Shown: piece after piece, positions 8,442 through 17,495 of the stretch
How the letters are laid out: each line of letters starts with the position of its first letter
Position numbering within the stretch: the first letter of the stretch is position 1
Source of the DNA: a virus
Taxonomy: Duplodnaviria > Caudoviricetes
Strand: one strand, 5' to 3'
Length of the DNA stretch: 32,690 nucleotides
Virus record (IMG/VR): IMGVR_UViG_3300038797_000098
Location: 1-32,690 of that record
Translations under genes and position numbers: made by a program
The notes under the pieces: generated by a model
Told to the model about the DNA's origin: nothing
The model's input: the letters and a program-made list of their open reading frames with translations, nothing else
Databases searched by the model: none

Positions 8442-9491
8442 TCAGGCCTGGGATTGCTTCGGGGGCGTCGGATCAGGATCAAAGGTATGCGGCGGCGCCA
8501 CTTGCAGCGTGGTCACCGAACCCTGCGCCGACAACGAATAAGTGACCTTGGAAATCAGCATGTCACCATCGAAATCCAGCACCGGGTCCTTGACCCTGAC
8601 CAGCGTGTTATGGCGCCACAAATCGCCATTGCTCTGCCGCCAGCCCTGCACCTGATAGGTGGTGGTCTGCGCACGGCCCATGCGAGTCGCGCTTTCCCAT
8701 TGGGCACGCTGCTGCGCCAACTCAAAGGTCAGTTGCGTGCCTTCGTTGATCACCGTGGTGCGCCGCCGTTTGAAACTCAGGTCGGCCGCCGTCGACTCGA
8801 CTTCGCTGACCGCCGCGCCGCTTTTCGCATCCGAGCCTTTCTGCTGGCCGATCACCCGATACTCGGAGAACACCTGGCTGAAATCCATTGGCGCACTGGC
8901 CGACAAGATATTCTTGCCCAGCTCCAGCGCATCGCTGGCGCGGCCGCCGCTGCCGGGTTTGGCCAACACCAACTGGCCCAGCTCGTTGTCGGTGGAAAAC
9001 ACCCGCAGCAGCGACAGCAATCGGTCGATCGACTGGAATGCCGTTTCACCCGGCACGATGGTGTGTTTGGTCAGGCGTGTGGTGTCGCTGATTTCATTGA
9101 CGACCCACAGTCCATATTCGCTCGCCAGATCGCGGACGATAGTCAGCAAGGGTTGTTGCTGCCATTGGCTGGGCAGGTTACGAGCGGCGCAATCGACCAG
9201 ATCCTGGGTCTTCGAACTGCCTTCGATGGTCAGGCTGATCTGCCGCCCGTCATAGCGGATCGGCGCCTTGAACACGTAACCGGTGAGCACCAGGTCCTTG
9301 CCGATTTTCACTTCACAGGGGTCACCGGGTTTAATCGGTTTGCTCACCGCCTGCCCCGGCCATTGCCAGGTAATGTCGAGCTTGAAGGTGCGGAACTGAC
9401 GCTCGAGATCGGCGGTGATTTCGACGCTTTTCCAGCCGCCGTATTCCATGCCGTTAACCGTCAGCGTGACGTGGTTATCCAACTCGTCCAT
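8442..9491 (-). CDS. Mu gpP (gp44)-like baseplate hub protein
   Basis: VTLTVNGMEYGGWKSVEI, GSSKTQDLVDC, PGETAF, VQGWRQSNGDLW motifs; Mu synteny. Confidence 0.9.
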   Translation of the reverse strand: MDELDNHVTLTVNGMEYGGWKSVEITADLERQFRTFKLDITWQWPGQAVSKPIKPGDPCEVKIGKDLVLTGYVFKAPIRYDGRQISLTIEGSSKTQDLVDCAARNLPSQWQQQPLLTIVRDLASEYGLWVVNEISDTTRLTKHTIVPGETAFQSIDRLLSLLRVFSTDNELGQLVLAKPGSGGRASDALELGKNILSASAPMDFSQVFSEYRVIGQQKGSDAKSGAAVSEVESTAADLSFKRRRTTVINEGTQLTFELAQQRAQWESATRMGRAQTTTYQVQGWRQSNGDLWRHNTLVRVKDPVLDFDGDMLISKVTYSLSAQGSVTTLQVAPPHTFDPDPTPPKQSQA

Positions 9492-9494
9492 GGT

Positions 9495-10733
9495 TCACTC
9501 CCTGGAGACTTTCACATCGCTTTGCGGGAGGTACAACGGATTGGTCACGCCGTTGCGCTGCACGACTTCGGTGACTCGCGTGGCGTCGCCAAACTGTTTG
9601 TACGCTATGACCAGTGCTGGAAGGCTTTCCTGAAAGGATTTGCTGACCAGTCGCACGCCCGAGGATGCCACGGCCTTGAGGTGCGCAACCAAGGCATCCT
9701 GCACGTCACTGATGGCTTGATAGTGATCAGGATCGGCCTTGTTTTTCGCCCCTTGCAGCGCCTCCACCAAATCCTTTTGCAGCGCCTGCAAATCATCCGT
9801 GGCCGGGACTTCCGGGCGGGTGACTTGCTGATGGGCCTGCTGAGCAACGGTGGGCGTCGACGGCAGTTGCAGCGCTCGGGTGGCCACTGGCATCGATGCG
9901 ACCCACTGCGCCACTTTGACGATCAGCGTGTCCTGCACCAGATCGGCCATCGCCTGCGCTGCGGCATTGGTGTCCTTGCCGGTGGTGATCTTCGGCGCAT
10001 CAGCCTTGCGAATCGCTTCGAGTTGCTGCGACACGTCGGCGATCACGCCACGGTAGCCTTCCTTGGCGAACGCTTTCAGTTCCTGGATATCGCCGAGCAA
10101 ACCGTTGAATTCCGCCGCCACTTCCTTGGGCAGCTCTTTCACGGCTTTGACCAGTTCAGTGATCTGGCGGTACTGCTCGATCAAAGGTTTCAATTGCTCC
10201 TTGATCACGTCATAGACGCCGGTAAGGCTGTTGCGCAGGTTGGTGATGCCGATCCGCGCAGCCTTGATCAAAGTCATCGCCTGTTCGAAACGCGCCACCG
10301 CCGAACCCAGCAGCCCGTCGGCCTTGGCCAGCAGCACTTTCTGCGTGCTGACCGTGGCGGTCGGAAACGGCAGGGGTTGGTCGGGATAGAACTTCAAGGC
10401 GAACGTCACCAGCCCACCGTCCTGGCGGGTGTGAGTCATATCGCATTCGCCGACCTTGACCTGCAGGCGTCCAAGCCACGGATGCACCAGTTCGCCACGG
10501 CCCTGCTCCAGCGCCTTGAGCAGCTTGTCGCGCTGCTCAAGGCAATCGGGGCCGATGATGAACGCGGTCAGATCGTGAGTCTTGGCCTGCTGGCCGAGGT
10601 CCTCGAAAAACGGCAGGTCGCGTTGCGGGTATTCATGCAACTGCCCTTTGCGACCGACCGGGGTTTTCGCCTGGTCGATCCAGAAACCGACACCGCGAAA
10701 GGATGCCGGCAATAAACGGTCACGCCAGTTCAT
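9495..10733 (-). CDS. Mu gpN-like DNA circularisation / tail-tube initiator protein
   Basis: WRDRLLPASFRGVGF, HEYPQRD..FFEDLG, GELVHPWLG; C-terminal LysM-like LPALVIAY..FGDATR. Confidence 0.9.
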   Translation of the reverse strand: MNWRDRLLPASFRGVGFWIDQAKTPVGRKGQLHEYPQRDLPFFEDLGQQAKTHDLTAFIIGPDCLEQRDKLLKALEQGRGELVHPWLGRLQVKVGECDMTHTRQDGGLVTFALKFYPDQPLPFPTATVSTQKVLLAKADGLLGSAVARFEQAMTLIKAARIGITNLRNSLTGVYDVIKEQLKPLIEQYRQITELVKAVKELPKEVAAEFNGLLGDIQELKAFAKEGYRGVIADVSQQLEAIRKADAPKITTGKDTNAAAQAMADLVQDTLIVKVAQWVASMPVATRALQLPSTPTVAQQAHQQVTRPEVPATDDLQALQKDLVEALQGAKNKADPDHYQAISDVQDALVAHLKAVASSGVRLVSKSFQESLPALVIAYKQFGDATRVTEVVQRNGVTNPLYLPQSDVKVSRE

Positions 10734-12619
10734 TGGGAACCTCCCATCGACAGCGAGCGATAGCCGATGCGTGAAGACACGGCCAGGCCCGGTTGATTGG
10801 TTTGCGGTTGTTCGGTACGCAGGCCTGCCGGTGCATTTTCGAAGCGCACGGTCAGGCCGCCTTCAAGTTGCGTACGGTTGTTGGCGGCGCTTTGCTGGAT
10901 CAGCGCGCTGGAGGTGTGTGGCAACGAGCCGCTTTGCAGTGTGCCATTGCCAGCAGGCGCCGGGCTGGCAGCGAAAAACGCCGGCGCCAGCTCACCCTTG
11001 CCTTCGGCATTGGTCTCGCGTTGCGCTTGGGTCAGCGTTTCAACCTTGCCGGTGACCTTGGCGATCAGTCCGGCGAAGCCACCGTCGAACAACTCCTTGA
11101 TCGGCGCAATGACGGTTTGCAGCTTTTGCCACAACTCGCCGAACCACTCAGTGATCGGCCCCCAACTCTCGATGATCTGATCCAGAGGTTTCCATTCGAA
11201 CAGACTGTGCAGAAAATCCACGACCGGCGCGGAAAGCGCCAACACGACGCCCCAGATCGCCGAAAAGACCTCACCGATCGGCTGCCAATACTGAGCAATC
11301 TGCTCCAGCGGCGACCACTCGAACAGGCTGGTGAAAAAGCCTCTGACCCGCTGCACAGACGTTTGCAGCGCCATCCAGATCGGTTCGAAGAACCCGACAA
11401 TCCCACCCCAGGCGCTGGTGAGCATTTGCATCGGGAAAAAATCGAACAGTGCCCGCAAAGTATCCCGGGTGCTTTGCACAGCCGATTGCAGCGTCGTCAA
11501 TATCGGCTGGAAATACGCAATAACGCCTCCCCAGGCGCTGGTGATCATCTGCATTGGCGAGAAGTCGAACAGCGACACGAGGAATTCTTTAGTCGGTAGC
11601 GCGACTTCTAGCAGGCCGCTGAACATCGGTTCGAAGAACCTCACGACACCACCCCACGCATCGGTAAGCATCTGCATCGGCGAGAAATCGAACAGGTTTC
11701 TGAGAAATGCCATCACCGGCACACTCAAGGCCTTGAGCAATTCCCAGATCGCCGAGAACAGGCCGGTCAGCGGCCCCCAGTTTTCAATGATCATCCCCGC
11801 AGGCGACCACGAGAAAACCGACTTGAAGAAGTCGATCACTGGCGCCGTCACGGCCATCACCTTGTCCCAGACTCCGGAGAAAAATGCCGTGACCGGTTCC
11901 CACAGCGCAGCCAGTGCCGCCAGCGGTCGCCAGTCGAGTACCGAGCGCAACGTCGCCATCGCACTCGCCCCGATGTTTTTCACGCCCTCCCACATCCCTG
12001 TGAAGAACGCGCTGATCGGCGTCCAGTTGGCCACGATCAAACCGGCCGCCACGGCAATGCCCATGGCGATCAGCATGATCGGGTTGGTCTTGAGCACCAT
12101 GCTCATGACGTCCATCACCTGCGTCATACCGGTGACCGCGGTTTGCATAGCGGAGAAGGCAATTGCCCCCGCCGCCAGGCCTTCAACCAGTTTCGGGTTG
12201 TCGGCGAGCAGGCTGCCGACCTGCGTCAGCATCGGTTCCAGCCCGACCACCAAGGCCCCCACCGCCGGCACCAGCGCGGCGTCCACCGCCGCCGAAACCT
12301 TCTGCATCGACGCACTGAACACGTTCATGTTCTGCGTCGCTGCTGTCGGCGCGGCGGGCAGATCGACGGTTTTCGCCGTGTCGCTGACTTCGCTCAATTT
12401 GCCCTGGAACGCTGCGGCCGATTTGATGCCGTCTACAAACGGCGTGATCACGCTGCCGCCATTGAACAGACCACTGATGTCCAGTTTGCCGAGGCCGGTC
12501 TGCTCGAGATTGTTTTTAAAACTCTCAACCTTCATGCGCAGGGCGCCCAGTTTGGGCGAGAGTTCATCGATGCCGGTGATCAGCACCGGTTTCGGGGTTT
12601 TCTTCTCTTCGTCTGCCAT
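10730..12619 (-). CDS. Tape measure protein of the Mu-like tailocin
   Basis: Located after the tail chaperone; hydrophobic helices and Trp/Phe-periodic 41-aa repeats; ATG at 12619 overlaps the upstream TGA. Confidence 0.88.
   Translation of the reverse strand: MADEEKKTPKPVLITGIDELSPKLGALRMKVESFKNNLEQTGLGKLDISGLFNGGSVITPFVDGIKSAAAFQGKLSEVSDTAKTVDLPAAPTAATQNMNVFSASMQKVSAAVDAALVPAVGALVVGLEPMLTQVGSLLADNPKLVEGLAAGAIAFSAMQTAVTGMTQVMDVMSMVLKTNPIMLIAMGIAVAAGLIVANWTPISAFFTGMWEGVKNIGASAMATLRSVLDWRPLAALAALWEPVTAFFSGVWDKVMAVTAPVIDFFKSVFSWSPAGMIIENWGPLTGLFSAIWELLKALSVPVMAFLRNLFDFSPMQMLTDAWGGVVRFFEPMFSGLLEVALPTKEFLVSLFDFSPMQMITSAWGGVIAYFQPILTTLQSAVQSTRDTLRALFDFFPMQMLTSAWGGIVGFFEPIWMALQTSVQRVRGFFTSLFEWSPLEQIAQYWQPIGEVFSAIWGVVLALSAPVVDFLHSLFEWKPLDQIIESWGPITEWFGELWQKLQTVIAPIKELFDGGFAGLIAKVTGKVETLTQAQRETNAEGKGELAPAFFAASPAPAGNGTLQSGSLPHTSSALIQQSAANNRTQLEGGLTVRFENAPAGLRTEQPQTNQPGLAVSSRIGYRSLSMGGSQ
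11090..12028 (-). repeat. About 7.5 tandem 41-aa (123-nt) repeats within tape measure 2
   Basis: FDFSPMQM.T.AWGG-type units; the DNA motif GCAT.GG..A.AA.TCGAACAG recurs at 11428, 11551 and 11674 (123-nt spacing). Confidence 0.85.
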
Positions 12620-12789
12620 CACTGCACCTGCTGCATCGCATTGATCCGTTGCGCGTGCTCCAGCGATTCGCGGAGCACATCCAGTGGCCTGGCCATCATC
12701 TGTTCGGGGTCAACCTTCCAGAACCAGGCCAGGTCATAGGCGACGGCGATCAGGTCGGTGATGTCGCCGACGCCGCACTCATGAAAAAA
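12619..12789 (-). CDS. -1 frameshift extension of the Mu-like tail assembly chaperone (gpGT / gpE+E' type)
   Basis: Slippery T TTT TTC at 12789-12783; the -1 frame reads HECGVGDITDLIAVAYDLAWFWKVDPEQMMARPLDVLRESLEHAQRINAMQQVQ* and stops on the tape-measure start. Confidence 0.8.
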   Translation of the reverse strand, partial: FFHECGVGDITDLIAVAYDLAWFWKVDPEQMMARPLDVLRESLEHAQRINAMQQVQ

Positions 12790-13046
12790 CTCGCAACGGC
12801 CCAGCTCAGCGCATTGAGGTCAGCCAGATCGAGTTGGTTGACCGACGACGGCGGGATGCCGGCGCATACGGCGATGTATTTGGCCGCCACGTCCATGTCG
12901 AGGCTGACTTCTTCGCTCTTGTCGATCTTGTACGGCAGCGCCTTGATCGCTCGCACTTCCTGCACCGTCGGACGGCGCAGAACGAGTTCGGTCAGAGGCT
13001 CGCCGTGGGCTTCGATTGCTACTTGAAGCTTCACGGCGGCGCTCAT
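12750..13046 (-). CDS. Tail assembly chaperone (Mu gp41-like)
   Basis: ELVLRRPT..E, AGIPPSSVNQLDLAD motifs; lies between the tube and tape measure genes. Confidence 0.88.
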   Translation of the reverse strand: MSAAVKLQVAIEAHGEPLTELVLRRPTVQEVRAIKALPYKIDKSEEVSLDMDVAAKYIAVCAGIPPSSVNQLDLADLNALSWAVASFFMSAASATSPT

Positions 13047-13390
13047 TGCCAGGTCCCCTTGATGCCTTCGAATTTCAGTTCGATGGTGGCGTCGTCGCCC
13101 TTGGAGACTGGCTCCTCGACCAGATAGGCGCCGGCCAGCACGTAGACTTTGCCGTTGCTGAACTCGCAGGTGACCGTGATATCGGTGCCTTCGATCAGCT
13201 TCTTCAGCGGGAAGTCGGCGGTGTGCAGCGCGGTCACTTTGAACGACGGTGCGATGTCGGTTTCCTTGTAGAAACCGGGCACGACGGTTTCACGTTTGAC
13301 GGCCATCAGCGGGGCTTCGCAGCCGCCATTGATGGTCAGTTGTGCGCCGTCGACCTTGACGTAGCAGGTGCCTGCAATCAGTTGACCCAT
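13043..13390 (-). CDS. Tail tube protein (Mu-like)
   Basis: IAGTCYVKVDG, TVTCEFSNGKVYVLAGA; follows the sheath gene; start at ATG 13390 with GGGAGA RBS. Confidence 0.9.
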   Translation of the reverse strand: MGQLIAGTCYVKVDGAQLTINGGCEAPLMAVKRETVVPGFYKETDIAPSFKVTALHTADFPLKKLIEGTDITVTCEFSNGKVYVLAGAYLVEEPVSKGDDATIELKFEGIKGTWQ

Positions 13391-13405
13391 GGTGTTTCTC
13401 CCTTC

Positions 13406-13432
13406 AAATAAAAAGCCCACGCGAGGTGGGCT
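13406..13432 (-). terminator. Intrinsic terminator between Mu-like sheath and tube genes
   Basis: Minus strand AGCCCAC-CTCGC-GTGGGCT followed by TTTTATTT. Confidence 0.7.
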
Positions 13433-13457
13433 GAATGCTTAGCGCCGACTGCGCGGA

Positions 13458-14954
13458 TCAGGCCGCGTCGTCGTACTGCAGACGGAACTGGTTGAGCAGT
13501 GCGAACACGCGCAGGCCGTTGATGTAATCCGGCGGGAACAGCACGTTCACGCGGCTCGGGTCCTGCACGTCGCGCTCGACGATCAGGTGCTCGGCGAACA
13601 GCTCGGCGTTCTCCACATGGCCTTCCAGCTCTAGCTTGGCGTACTGCGCAATCAGCTCGCCGCGAATGGTCGCAGGCGTGACGATCGGCTGACCGGCGCC
13701 GAAACGGGTACCGTCGGAGGCCAGTTTGTGGCGTCCGTATTTGCTGGTGATCACGCTTTGCAGACGACGCACGATGAACGCCGACTGGTGCATGGTTTCG
13801 CTGTCCAGATAGGAGTTGTCGGCCTGGCCGTAGGCGTTCTTCTGGTAGGTGGTGATCGAACGCTGGATGCGCACGTAACCGCCTTCGTAGTACGCAGTAG
13901 CGATGCCGTAGTTGAGCAGCGACTGACGCTCGGTCAGGGTGAAGCGCTCGCTGGCCGGCGCCGGGTCAACACCCGGCAGGCTGCCGCTTTGCGTCGGACG
14001 GCTGGCATCGGCGGAGATGAACACCGCCGTGCGCGCAGCCAGTGCCGCCGCTTGTACCCAGAACGGTTGCGGTACGCCCGGCTCCAGCGCCTGGATGGTC
14101 ATGTGCTGATCGTTGCGCGCCTGGCCGGCAGCGACCAGCGTACCGACCGTGCCGCGTTTGGCGCTGTAGACGTGACCAAACAATTGCTTGGCCCACGACC
14201 AGCGCCCGGTGCTGTCATCCATCACCGCTTGCCAGGTGTTGAGGGTGGCCAGGTCGGACCACGGCAAGGCGATGAATTCGAATGGCTCATCGCCTAGAGC
14301 CGCGACGGCGGCGATCTGATCCGGCACACCGGCGCCGCCGGTCATGGCGGTGATTGCGCTGGTCAGACCGGCCGGAGTTTCTTCGCCGTTGCTCTTGCCC
14401 AGGCGATTGAATTGCAGGCTGATGTCATTGCCGCTGTCGCCGGTCCATTTGGCGGTCAGGGTGACCACGCCTTCGGCAGCCGCCGCGCTGACCGGCAGGT
14501 CGGCAGTGGCGTTGATTTTCTGCGCCAGGGCAGTGGCCGCTTGAGCGGCGGTGGCGCCGTTGACCACGGTGGCCTGCACGCGCACGCCGCCGACGTACAG
14601 ATTGAGCATGCCCGCCTGCGTCGCGGTGCCGGTCAGGGTCAACACCCCCTTGGCGATGGCGCCTTCGGTGTTGTGCAGCGGCAGGCACCAGATCTCGCCG
14701 ATCGGGTCAGCCTTGCGGAAGGTCTCGTACATCGAAGCGAGCATCGAGCCCTGGCCGCCGATGCTTTTCGCCAGCGCCACGCTGGAAACCAGCACCAGTT
14801 TGCCGACCTCAGTCGGGGCAATATTGTCGTTGACCTGCGCGACGATCAAACGGCGCATGGCCGAGGTCGCGCTGTTGGCGGCCGAGTTGTCCATTTCGGC
14901 ATAGAACAGCGGAACACGAATGTCCGCCGGGATGTTGCTGAATCCGATCGCCAT
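13458..14954 (-). CDS. Contractile tail sheath protein (Mu gpL-like)
   Basis: IPADIRVPLFYAEMDNS, ITTYQKNAYGQADNSYLDSET, VERDVQDPSRVNVLFPPD motifs. Confidence 0.94.
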   Translation of the reverse strand: MAIGFSNIPADIRVPLFYAEMDNSAANSATSAMRRLIVAQVNDNIAPTEVGKLVLVSSVALAKSIGGQGSMLASMYETFRKADPIGEIWCLPLHNTEGAIAKGVLTLTGTATQAGMLNLYVGGVRVQATVVNGATAAQAATALAQKINATADLPVSAAAAEGVVTLTAKWTGDSGNDISLQFNRLGKSNGEETPAGLTSAITAMTGGAGVPDQIAAVAALGDEPFEFIALPWSDLATLNTWQAVMDDSTGRWSWAKQLFGHVYSAKRGTVGTLVAAGQARNDQHMTIQALEPGVPQPFWVQAAALAARTAVFISADASRPTQSGSLPGVDPAPASERFTLTERQSLLNYGIATAYYEGGYVRIQRSITTYQKNAYGQADNSYLDSETMHQSAFIVRRLQSVITSKYGRHKLASDGTRFGAGQPIVTPATIRGELIAQYAKLELEGHVENAELFAEHLIVERDVQDPSRVNVLFPPDYINGLRVFALLNQFRLQYDDAA

Positions 14955-15136
14955 TATTTGGCTCCCTGTGGTTTAGCCGCTTTTGCGGTTTTGAGTGTGA
15001 TATCGCCGTCAGCCAGACGCCGGCGCCACCAGGCGCTATCCAGCACGTCACGGCCTGCAGCCGGCAACAGGTCGCCCGCCTCCGGGTCAGGTACGACACG
15101 GCCAGCGGCCGGCACTACGGTGATGCGGTTGCTCAT
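14954..15136 (-). CDS. Small DUF2635 (Mu gp38-like) protein
   Basis: VVPAAGRVVPDP..GDLLP..GR.V..SAWWRRRLADGD; 60 aa from ATG 15136; coupled to the sheath gene. Confidence 0.82.
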   Translation of the reverse strand: MSNRITVVPAAGRVVPDPEAGDLLPAAGRDVLDSAWWRRRLADGDITLKTAKAAKPQGAK

Positions 15137-15717
15137 GGGGTTACGTCTCCAGAGAAAGTCATTTCCACCCGGCCATCCGGACCCGGGCGTTGCAGGTTGG
15201 GGTCGGCCGGATCGATCGCATCGACCCGCACCGTCATCCCGGTAAAGGACGACAAAGCGTCCAGTTCGCGCTCGTGCCAACTCTCCGCAGGCTGACTTGG
15301 CAGATTGCGGCCGAGCTGGAACTCGGCATAAAAACGCAGCCGATAGAACAGGCGGCTGCTGTTGATCGAGACCAGCTCGCCGCCGTCGTAGACGATGGCG
15401 CTGTAGTCGGCATCGGGCTTGAATCCCACCAGCGCGCGCCACAGTTCGGCGCGCAGGTCGTGCAACCCATCCAGCGCTTTTGTCGCGTCGGTAGCATCAA
15501 GCACCAGAACGGTTTCGAAGCGGTCGCGGATCGATTGGGTGGTGAGGTTTTGGGTGGTGCCAGGACTGGCCAGATCGGCCAGCAGCAGAACGTGCGCCGA
15601 GGGTGTCGGTAGATCGGGGTTGCCTTGCAGCAACGCCAGATCGACACCCACCGAAATATGATTGGCAAGCCCAGGGCATTGCCCACGCAGTTGCGTGAGG
15701 ATCGGGGTGATCTTCAT
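15133..15717 (-). CDS. Putative tail terminator/completion protein (gp37-like), first gene of the Mu-like module
   Basis: Position before DUF2635 and sheath; LRAELWRALVGF.P, I.YDGGEL, DPADPNL..PGPDGR motifs. Confidence 0.72.
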   Translation of the reverse strand: MKITPILTQLRGQCPGLANHISVGVDLALLQGNPDLPTPSAHVLLLADLASPGTTQNLTTQSIRDRFETVLVLDATDATKALDGLHDLRAELWRALVGFKPDADYSAIVYDGGELVSINSSRLFYRLRFYAEFQLGRNLPSQPAESWHERELDALSSFTGMTVRVDAIDPADPNLQRPGPDGRVEMTFSGDVTP

Positions 15718-15761
15718 GGGGGTGTTCCGAAGTAAGAGAAATTACAGTGAGCGCCGCAGTC

Positions 15762-15854
15762 CCTGTGGGAGCGAGCCTGCTCGCGAAAGCGGTCGATCAG
15801 TCACATCGATGCTGAAGCTGACGTCCCTTTCGCGAGCAGGCTCGCTCCCACAGG
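15762..15854. repeat. REP doublet (REPIN), GAGCCTGCTC variant, at the junction of the two tail modules
   Basis: CCTGTGGGAGCGAGCCTGCTCGCGAA ... TTCGCGAGCAGGCTCGCTCCCACAGG. Confidence 0.9.
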
Positions 15855-15874
15855 AATAAGCACTCGGTTCAGGA

Positions 15875-16897
15875 TTACTGTTCCGCCTTCGGGTCCAGGC
15901 ACGACGCATCAATCAGGCAGCGATAGCTGTTCTCGCGACTGCCGCTGGCGGTGACCTTGTCGATCGACCAGCGTCCGCGCATGAAGTCCGGCCAGCTCTC
16001 ATCGAGCAATACCAGCCCTTCGGCCGCGAGCCGTGGATCCCCCGGGCAGGTGATTTGCACCTTGTACTTCTGCCGCAGCATCTTGCGCACTTCGCCCTCG
16101 CCTACTGCGATGGCATCAGCTTCGCTGGGCTGCTTCTGGCGCAGCGTCTTGAACGGCGCAACACCGGTTTCAACCCAGCGCAGCACCCCGGCCGCCGCAT
16201 CCCAGAAACAGGTCTTGCAGCCCTTGGCCTGCTCGCGGGCAGATTCTTCCAGCGTGGCGCTGATGAAGGCGTGATCGCCGGGGCGATTGTTGTGGGTAAC
16301 CGACAGCGTCACGTCCGGCAGAATCTGCCCCGACAACGACTTGGTCTGCCCGGGCCGCGCCAGCACATAAACATCGCCGTAAGGCTTGGCGACGACGTTG
16401 TATTTTTTCGCCAGACGCGTGACAAACCCCATGTCGGTCTCGTTGGACTGGTCGATGTGCTCGATGCGGATCAACGAAATCTCCGGCGCGACCCGTGGCG
16501 AAAAGCCGTGCAGCTCCACCAGCTTGCGAAATAATCCACCCAGCGTCGTTGGCCCATGACTGGCGGTGCGGCGCTGCTTGAAGCCGGTTTCATCATCCTT
16601 GCTGAATGGCGCCGCAGTGGCCACCAGGGTGAGGCGAAACGGAAACAGTGTTGGCGTCAGACGCGTCACTTTGAACAGGCCTTTATCGACCATCGCGGTT
16701 TCTCGATAGCCGACTTGCATGCCAATCTTGCCGCCCAGATTCGGCAACCCCTCAAGCCCCTCCAGATCGATAGTCAACGTCAGCTGATCGGACTCGAAAC
16801 CGGCGGCATCGATGTGCTCCCAACTGATCAGGCGTTGATTGAGCAAGGCCGCGTTGGCCCCGTAGATATTCACTGCCGGCGTAAATCCCAGTGCCAT
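15875..16897 (-). CDS. P2 gpD-like late control / baseplate hub protein
   Basis: D.AGFESDQLTLTID, IEHIDQSNETDMGFVTRLA motifs; last gene of the U-X-D block. Confidence 0.9.
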   Translation of the reverse strand: MALGFTPAVNIYGANAALLNQRLISWEHIDAAGFESDQLTLTIDLEGLEGLPNLGGKIGMQVGYRETAMVDKGLFKVTRLTPTLFPFRLTLVATAAPFSKDDETGFKQRRTASHGPTTLGGLFRKLVELHGFSPRVAPEISLIRIEHIDQSNETDMGFVTRLAKKYNVVAKPYGDVYVLARPGQTKSLSGQILPDVTLSVTHNNRPGDHAFISATLEESAREQAKGCKTCFWDAAAGVLRWVETGVAPFKTLRQKQPSEADAIAVGEGEVRKMLRQKYKVQITCPGDPRLAAEGLVLLDESWPDFMRGRWSIDKVTASGSRENSYRCLIDASCLDPKAEQ

Positions 16898-16906
16898 TCA
16901 ACCTCC

Positions 16907-17119
16907 TTAATCCCACGCCGTCGCTGCTTTGACCACGGCGGGTTTCACATCCAGTTCCGGTAGCACGATCCAGACGCCGGCGGGCAGAATCGGCCCGTGT
17001 TCGGCCAGGGTCGGGTTGAGCTTCCACAGCGCTTCTTCGGCAGCGTCATCACTGCGCCCGGTTTCGCGGTAGAGCAGCAGATTCACCGAATCACCGGCCA
17101 CGCTTCGTGCTTTACGCAT
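16907..17119 (-). CDS. P2 gpX-like tail protein (LysM-like)
   Basis: AGDSVNLLLYRETG, NPTLAEHGPILPAGV.I.LPE. Confidence 0.88.
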   Translation of the reverse strand: MRKARSVAGDSVNLLLYRETGRSDDAAEEALWKLNPTLAEHGPILPAGVWIVLPELDVKPAVVKAATAWD

Positions 17120-17495
17120 TGTTGAACTCCGCTAGTTCGATGACCCAATCGACTACCATCGCCGTACCGTCATCGATGATCTGGGTCTGGGTTTCCTGAA
17201 CGCTGCTGATCCGCCACAGGCCCCAGTTTCGACCAATCCCGTCGATCAACGGCAGCGGGATACGCAGCGCCTGCAAAGCTCGCAATTCATCGAGCCGATC
17301 CATGGCTACGGCGTACATCGACTTGCCGGTAATGGTCAGGGTTTCCGGTTTCTGTCCGGTCTGGCTGGACTTGGGTTTGCTGGTGAGGATCTGTATCTCG
17401 GTCCAGCCGCCGTCAGACTTGCGCAGCAACTGGTGGTACGCAAAGTTGCGCGACAGGCCGAAGATGAAACTGCCCAATGCCATTTGCTGTTTCAT
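17112..17495 (-). CDS. P2 gpU-like tail tube initiator
   Basis: MALGSFIF, Q.TGQ.PETLTITG, PLPLIDGIGRNWGLWRI. Confidence 0.88.
   Translation of the reverse strand: MKQQMALGSFIFGLSRNFAYHQLLRKSDGGWTEIQILTSKPKSSQTGQKPETLTITGKSMYAVAMDRLDELRALQALRIPLPLIDGIGRNWGLWRISSVQETQTQIIDDGTAMVVDWVIELAEFNNA

Noticed and set aside
8187-10715. 842-aa plus-strand ORF and other long antisense ORFs (e.g. 11331-12644, 20888-22120)
   Set aside because: They are shadows of well-supported minus-strand genes in GC-rich DNA, with no recognisable motifs.
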